The notes below the pieces were generated by a model, which had not been told where the DNA came from, did not search any database, and worked only from the letters and a program-made list of their open reading frames with translations. This document shows positions 57,001 to 64,000 of a stretch of DNA of 64,000 nt, piece by piece (the first letter of the stretch is position 1; each line of letters begins with the position of its first letter). The translations under genes were made by a program, and so were the position numbers. Source of the DNA: Dendrobates tinctorius. Taxonomy: Eukaryota. The stretch covers positions 58,652,001 to 58,716,000 of the forward strand of contig NW_027361917.1 in NCBI RefSeq assembly GCF_039654945.1, in the 5' to 3' direction.

Positions 57001-59311
57001 CCATGCGCCAGGAACATTTCAGCGGTTAATGGAATGCTGCCTTGGACATAAAAACTTTGAAACCGTTCTGCTTTACCTGGACGACATCATCGTCTTCTCC
57101 AAAGCCTACGAAGACCATTTGAAGCACCTGGCCGATGTACTCGAAGCCCTGTCAAACTTTGGCCTGAAAATAAAACCATCCAAATGTCACCTTTTGAAAC
57201 CCAATGTGCAGTACCTAGGCCATGTGGTGAGCGCGGAAGGTGTGGCACCCGATCCTGACAAAGTCACCGTTATCGGGGACAGGCAAAGACCCAGCACTAT
57301 CCATGAAGTGAGGCAATTTCTTGGGTTAGAAGGCTACTACCGAAGATTTATCAAGGATTTCATCAAGATAGCAGCACCGCTGCAAGATCTTCTAGTGGGC
57401 CAATCCAAGAAGGCCAACAACAAAAATCTTCCGTTCGAGTGGAGTAAAAGGATAGAAGAGTCCTTCACCAAGTTGAAACTGGCCCTCACAGGAGATGAGG
57501 TCCTGGTCTACCCTGACTATGACCAACCGTTTGTACTTTACACTGACACCAACAATGTGGGATGGGGGGCAGTGCTGTCACAAGTGCAGAAAGGCAGAGA
57601 GAGAGTGAATGACTATGCCAGCAGGAAGCTTCGTCCCACTGAGAGGAACCCCAACAACTACAGTTCCTTTAAGCTGGAGTTCCTCGCCATAGTCTGGGCA
57701 GTAACAGAGCGCTTCAAGCACTACTTGGCTTCCGCAAAGTTCACCATCTACATGGACAATAATCTGCTAACCCACCTTGAAACAGCAAAGCTTGGGGCAC
57801 TTGAGCAGTGATGGATGGCCCGGCTGTCCAACTACGATTTCACCATCAAGTACCAAGCAGGACATAAGAACGCTAATGCGGATGCGTTGTCCCGGATGCC
57901 CAATTCACCAGACGGGGGAGAAGATCCAAAAGGACTCGAAGAAATCGAGTTACCAGCCTTCCACCATCCAATTGCAGCCCAGCGCTCCCAAGGAGTAAGG
58001 AATAAGCGCTTTGTCGTACAATAGGTAACGTTGAACCCATTATCCCATCATGAGTGGGCAGAGACACAAGATTGTGACTCAGCTGTTCTCCAAGTAAAGG
58101 AGTGGCTGGCACAAGCTGATGCACACCCTTGTCCAGATGATCCACAAGAAGCACAGCAGCTATGGAAGGAGAGAGGCAAGCTGTTCCTCTACGAGGGTAA
58201 ACTGTGTCGGAGGAACATCAACTCGCGCACACACGAACTGGTCTGGCAGGTGGTAGTCCCGAAGAGGGATGCGCCAATGTTCTTAGAGGCACACCACAAT
58301 GGAGCAGGACACTTCGATTGAAAGAAGTTGGAGGTCCAACTTCGTGAAAGATTCAACTGGGTTGGCATGAGGACAGCCATTGAGAAGTGGTGCCGAGAAT
58401 GTGGACCATGCAACCTGCGCAGAAAAGACCGAAACAGCCATCGAGCCCCATTACAGCCGATCATCACAAAACAGCCGCTTGAACTGGTAGCCTTGGATTA
58501 CGTGAAGTTAACTCCGAGTAGGAATGGCTACACTTATGCTTTGACCATCGTGGACCATTACTCAAGGTTCTTGGTAGTCGAACCTGTTAAAGACCAAACA
58601 GCGAAGACAGCAGCCAAGGCATTTCAGCAACACTTTTGTCGACCGCACGGATACCCTGAACAAGTGCTCACCGATCAAGGTCCAGCCTTTGAGGCAGAAG
58701 TGTTCCAGGAGTTCTGTAAAATGTACAGCTGCAAGAAATTCAGAATGATGCCTTACCATCCACAGACAAATGGCATGTGTGAAAAGATGAACCAAGTGGT
58801 CATTGACTTATTGAAGACCTTACCTCTTGAAGAACTAAACCAGTAGCCAGAGAAGTTGCCAGATCTGATAGATCTATATAATCATATACCGGTAAACTCT
58901 ACAAATTGCACTCCGGCCTACTTGATGAGAGCAAGACCTGGCCAATTACCCATTGATTTGGACATGGGAGTCTTAACACCAGAGACAACATCACTAGATG
59001 CAGACTGGGATACAGAACGGCAGCAACAATACCGCAAAGTACAAGAATGTGTGGAGAAAAGTTGGTCCCAAGCACGACAGAGGCAGGAAAGAAATTACAA
59101 TCAACACGCCCCTGCAGTTCCCTTGGCACCAGGAGAACAAGTACTCAAAAGAAAGAGATGTGTTCACAAGCTAGATGACCAGTGGGAGGCAGAGCCGTAC
59201 ACCGAGATACCTTCAGACTTTAATAACACCAAAGTATGTATCATCAGCAAAGATGGAGGAGAAACTTTAGAAGCAGTCTCAAGAGATCATCTAAAGATGT
59301 GCCCTGATTAG
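54017..59311 (+). pseudogene. Gypsy gag-pol with multiple stops/frameshifts
   Basis: CCHC knuckle CRRCNKTGHIAGSC, protease LLDTGSQVT, RT KKKDGTMRMCVDYR / YLDD, RNase H LYTD, integrase HHCC and LDY / TDQG / GMCE. Confidence 0.93.
56305..56961. mobile_element. Unrelated solo LTR inserted in the Gypsy RT
   Basis: TGTTA...TTACA with a 5-bp TSD GGGCC. Removal restores TPMG-LCEFNYMPF. Contains four 'catcagaagtaagggcaag' repeats. Confidence 0.9.
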
Positions 59312-60245
59312 TTGAAGGACAAGAAGGAAGTCCAAAACACTCCACAGCCTACAGTAGAGGTGGAAGAAAAGATTCAAACTATACTTGGAGAATTTCCTCG
59401 GACGTGGACACAAGTAAATCAGGCAATACTAGTACCATTACTAACTTTTCATCAGCCTACTGCACCAGATGAAGTAGAGACTCTAAATGAAATGGCTCCA
59501 GTAACAGATACCACATCTGCAGTGGAATGCGGAAATCTGTCCCCTGCTAACAGCGAATCTGACAATCTCATGGTGAGTTTAGGAGTAATGAGAAGGCAAT
59601 CTAGAATACCTATCTTACAAAAGTCTACTTATAGCGTAGTGACTAGTGCACCAACAATAGACATCAGAGAACAGGTCAGGTCATCAGAAATACTTATACT
59701 GCGTAGATCCACTAGTAGTACTAGAGGTCAGATCCCTGCCCGTTACAGAGATTACATAATGTAAATAAAGTAATAAGAATGTATAGTTGTAACCGTTAAG
59801 TATGAGAGCCTACAGAGACTAACTGTATGAACCTTTTTAAGTATTCGTAATAACCAGTTAAAGGACAATTGGGCCAAAGGACTATGTGTGGTCAGAACTT
59901 TTATTTGTAAATAGTTACTCCAAAAAGGCCTTGAAAATAAGCCGCCGGCGTGGCCAAAAAACAGGTCCATCTACAGAGTGCCCTGTAGCCACGCCCAGGG
60001 ATGACACACAAAGTGGGTTAAGGTGGTTCTCACCAACCAAACTCCAGGTACAAGCACAAAGACAATTCCTGGACAGCAGCGTAAGGACTGGTCGCTGCAG
60101 TAACTGTGCTATTGTTTCTTTTTCTTGTCTGGTTTTTGATAATTTTTACATTTTTAAGGCTTTGTAGATTTTCACTAATTGCTGTTGTTAACAGTTCTTG
60201 TTATGCTTTCCTCAGTCCAGGAGTACTGAACTTAACTGGGGGGAA

Positions 60246-61416
60246 TGTGACACCCCAGAGTCCGGTTGTCACAGTGACATTGCCTCCCTCTATGAGATGA
60301 AGTCATGCTTGGAGGCAGAAAGGAAACCCCCGTGCCAGGTAACATAGATTAAATCACAATTCCAGCTGCAGGTCAGAAAAGGGAGCTGCCTTATAAATTC
60401 TGGCCAGCAGAGGGGGTTGGTGAGTCAGCTAGAAATGAGCTGAGGGGGTTGTCATGGAAACGAGAGGAGCTGTGAGGAAAATGACAAGACAGTTAAACGT
60501 GAGGTAAAAAGATCTTTATGAAAGATCCAGTCAGTTCAAGAGAGGGAGCTGATACAAGAGGCTCTGGGGAAGCTACAAACTGCATATAGCAGCCCCCAGA
60601 GCGAAGCGCTATTGGAGAGAAAGGGACGCCAGAGTCCTTGGTGGTCAGGAGCTGTATGTCCTGATCACCGAATCTGAAAATACAGGGGATTGTAAATTCC
60701 TGTGCGACATTGAGCACCTGAGGGCACGGCAGCAGATAAGGAGCCCGGGGCTGACGGTGAAAAGGACGGTACCCGTGGAATAGGCTCATGCTGACAGCCG
60801 TACAGGTTAGTGAAATCATCATGCAATTGAGGGTTGCAGCATAGTTATAGACAGCGGAGACGCATACACAAAGCACAGAAGGAAGGTCATAAACCCCCAC
60901 CTGGCAAGGTGGATCCCCTGAATCCCTCCAGGCGAGCTGGACTCATTCCATCACCTGTATGTGGTACTCTGGATTGCAAACAATTACCAGTAAAAGGTAA
61001 AGAAACTGCACCTTTCTGTGTCCTCCTCTCATTTCTCTGCACCCCAATATTCACAGCCATTTTGACTATCAATCTAACATCTTTGCTCTGGGACTATTGC
61101 TATACCTGTGGAGAGCTATTTTCATATCAGCTGCGCCACATCAACAGTCTCAGGGGAACAACATCGCAGCGCTGGTCACCTCTGACCAGTATACCACAGG
61201 TGGCGTCAAGTATTTAATCATCTATAAACTTTATCTTCATTTTTACCACATCACCAACAATTTTTCCCCTTCCCCTTTCATCATTTTATTTAATGGATGC
61301 CCCAGGGCCACGGACCAGGTCGCCGCCACCGTGACATCGTCCCCCATTGAAGTCGACGGGCCCGATACCGAGTACCACACGGCCCTGCACCACCTCGCGC
61401 GCGCCCGGGCGCTCCA
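60246..61416 (+). repeat. 3' LTR
   Basis: Direct repeat of the 5' LTR with many substitutions and indels. Confidence 0.93.
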
Positions 61417-62183
61417 CTTTCATTTTAGAAAACGAAACGGTGATTGTCAGAGCGGTATCTTTTCTAAAGCAGGGTGATGCATGCCCAAGTAGTCACAATT
61501 AGGTGCTTCAGTATAGAATGCTTGCATGTTTTTAGCTGGATGTCACAGTGATGGAAAAAGACAAGAGTCAGGTCAGTCGCGAGATCAGTGAACCTTCGTA
61601 TCTCTGGTTTCACTTTGCCCCAAAAAGGAGTGATTATCTTACATGACCAAAATGTGTAGAAGATCCCCTTCCTCACTGCCACATCTCCAACCCTCAGCGA
61701 AAATTAAGTATAGTCGAGATGGGACTTTATACCATAGAAACAGCAATTTATAACTGGCCTCATGGAAACAAGAACAAATTGACGCTTTATGCGTTAAAGT
61801 AAAAATTCAACTTCATTGACCTTTTGATAGAGAGAGGCCTAAATCCCTTTCCCACTGTGTCTGCAACATGGCAACTGGGAGGTCCTTTGGGTTAATCGGT
61901 AGAGAGTATGAAAGTGTACCTCAGCGATCTTACACTTTAGCAAGCTGTCTTGAAAGTCAATATATCACTATTATAGAAGGCTCTAGGAGAGAGTGACTGA
62001 AAAAAATACAACAGTTAACCTACTCTTCATGCATCTAGGGGGGCTGGTGAAGAATTACCAAGTAGATGATCCGTTAACAGCTAAAGGTGTCCTGATCCAA
62101 AATGACAAACTCTGAAATGGCCTCCTTGTCTTCCTCCTCCACCTCCTCTGCTGAGCTGCGCAGCTGTGTGCCTTTGTGTTCAC

Positions 62184-62650
62184 TAGGGTGACCGGATCTC
62201 ATATGGGGGGGAAAAAATGTCAGAATCTTGTTCGTCTGGACCCCACAAAACGATTCCCCTTTCCAGATATTGAGAGAGCCAAAATTTGAGCTCGATCAAA
62301 CAACGTTAACCCGTGCCGCTCGTCGCTCAAAGTTTGAAAAAATCCAAATTGAGGTATTTTAAGATTTAGGTATTTTGCATAGTCTGTTAGACTATAAAGA
62401 ATGTGACAACAACATTGCAGACATAGCCCTGACCAAATTTTCGAACCATTTGTGGTATTTGAAAGCAGAGTTGGTGGGATTATCGTTTTTTGATCCCACC
62501 ATTACAGACAATGAAAAGTTGTTAATGGCTAATAAATTGCTCAGTAGCACAGATGAACCATCAGAGCACGCTAACCTACATGAGTTGATAATTTTACATA
62601 GTTATCTAATCTATTCTAGAGCTTTTGTTAAAGTAGTTTTTGAAACGTCA
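62184..62650 (+). mobile_element. Internally deleted DNA transposon, probably hATm-like, with a transposase fragment
   Basis: TAGGGTG terminus. 62375-62570 encodes ..IALTKFSNHLWYLKAELVGLSFFD..ITDNEKLLMA.. (HLWYL..ELV.L.FFD motif). Family assignment from memory. Confidence 0.5.
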
Positions 62651-62808
62651 GAATTAGTGTTGAGCATTCCGATACCGCAAGTATCGGGTATCGGCCGATA
62701 CTTGCTGTATCGGAATTCCGATACCGACTTCCGATATTTTTTCAATATCGGAAGTCGGCATCGGAATCGGAAGTTCAAAGTTGATTGACAGCCTGACGTC
62801 ATCATGAT

Positions 62809-62922
62809 GCCACTTAAAAAAAAAAAAGTCCCTAGTCTCACTTTATGCCATTGCTGCGTGGGAATTTCCCACACAGCAATGGCATAAAGTGAGACTAGGG
62901 ACTTTTTTTTTTTTTAAGTGGC
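62809..62922. repeat. Near-perfect 114-bp palindrome
   Basis: gccactt(a)12gtccctagtctcactttatgccattgctgcgtgggaa-t-ttcccacacagcaatggc...(t)13aagtggc. Confidence 0.95.
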
Positions 62923-63156
62923 GGAGGAATACAGTGCGGAAGGATACCTACCTTCCGTCATTGGATTCCTGCAGCCCGTAGAGAACGGCAGCAACAGATG
63001 ATGCTGCAGTTCTCTACCCAAGATCGTCGTGGGACACACTCGTGGACTGCTTCGGATCGTGGGTGAGTATTTTTGTGGTTTGTTATGTTAATATTTATTC
63101 CGTAAAAGACAATGGCTTTGGGGAACAATGTGACAAGTATTGGTAAGTATGTTACT

Positions 63157-64000
63157 CTATGTTATATGTACTGTATGTCTATGTATGTATTGTATGAATG
63201 TATTGTATGTAGTATGTATGTAGTATATATGTGGTATGTATGTAACATGTAGTATGTATGTAGTATGTATGTAGCATGCATGTAGTATATATGTAGTATG
63301 TATGTAGCATGTAGTATGTATGTAGCATGCATGTAGTATATATGTAGTATGTATGTAGCATGTAGTATGTATGTAGCATGCATGTAGTATATATGCAGTA
63401 TGTATGTAGCATGTAGTATGTATGTAGTATGTATGTGGTATGTATGTAGCATGTAGCATGCATGTAGTATGTATGTAGTATATATGTGGTATGTATGTAG
63501 CATGTAGTATGTATGTAGCATGCAGTATGTATGTAGCATGCATGTAGTATATATGTAGTATGTATGTAGCATGTAGTATGTATGTAGTATGTATGTAGTA
63601 TGTATGTGGTATGTATGTAGCATGTAGCATGCATGTAGTATGTATGTAGTATATATGTGGTATGTATGTAGCATGTAGTATGTATGTAGCATGCAGTATG
63701 TATGTAGCATGCATGTAGTATATATGTAGTATGTATGTAGCATATATGTAGTATGTATGTAGCATGTAGTATGTATGTAGCATGCATGTAGTATATATGT
63801 AGTATGTATGTAGTATATATGTAGCAAGTAGTATGTATGTAGCATGCATGTAGTATATATGTAGTATGTATGTAGCATGTAGTATGTATGTAGCATGCAT
63901 GTAGTATGTATGTAGTATGTATGTAGTATATATGTAGTATGTATGTAGCATGTAGTATGTATGTAGCATGCATGTAGTATATATGTAGTATGTATGTAGC
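63157..64000. repeat. Compound simple-sequence satellite (gtagtatgtat / gtagcat / gcat modules)
   Basis: Directly visible and runs off the window end. Confidence 0.95.

Larger units (their letters stand above)
52594..61416 (+). mobile_element. Decayed Ty3/Gypsy LTR retrotransposon
   Basis: LTRs 52594-53743 and 60246-61416 (TG..CA), PBS, G-rich PPT before the 3' LTR, gag-PR-RT-RH-IN order. Flanks do not match (ctaa / cttt). Confidence 0.95.
62655..64000. mobile_element. Left part of a non-autonomous hAT-type element
   Basis: Starts TAGTGTTGAGC (compare the TAGAGTTGAGC TIR), followed by clustered ccgatac/gtatcgg subterminal palindromes. The right end is not in the window. Confidence 0.6.

Noticed and set aside
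63157-63973. Three long His/Tyr/Thr-rich ORFs
   Set aside because: Simple-sequence satellite that lacks stops on the minus strand.

Overview
Gene-free, repeat-saturated vertebrate genomic DNA. The transposon repertoire resembles that of anuran amphibians (inference only). No host protein-coding exon, rRNA, tRNA or CRISPR array was recognised. Almost everything is nested mobile DNA. The centrepiece is a single 26.3-kb insertion (22476-48789) with a 15-16 bp TSD, sitting inside an otherwise intact DD34E Tc1 transposase gene, which itself sits in an older Tc1. The insertion is five head-to-tail, near-identical, ORF-intact Penelope-like (Neptune-type RT + GIY-YIG) units plus an inverted terminal segment. 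Each unit carries one variant minimal hammerhead ribozyme. Three of the six spacers are rearranged by a 228-bp ORF-derived patch that joins exactly at the predicted ribozyme cleavage site. Two further, unrelated hammerhead-bearing Penelope-like insertions (8583-19559 and 8695-9238) repeat the same tail-out inverted architecture. Also present: a 7.7-kb hAT element carrying two minisatellite arrays and a long 3' hairpin, a decayed Ty3/Gypsy provirus interrupted by a solo LTR, other solo LTRs, an L2 fragment, MITEs, a probable hATm fragment and a terminal simple-sequence satellite. All calls were made by eye, without alignment or database searches.
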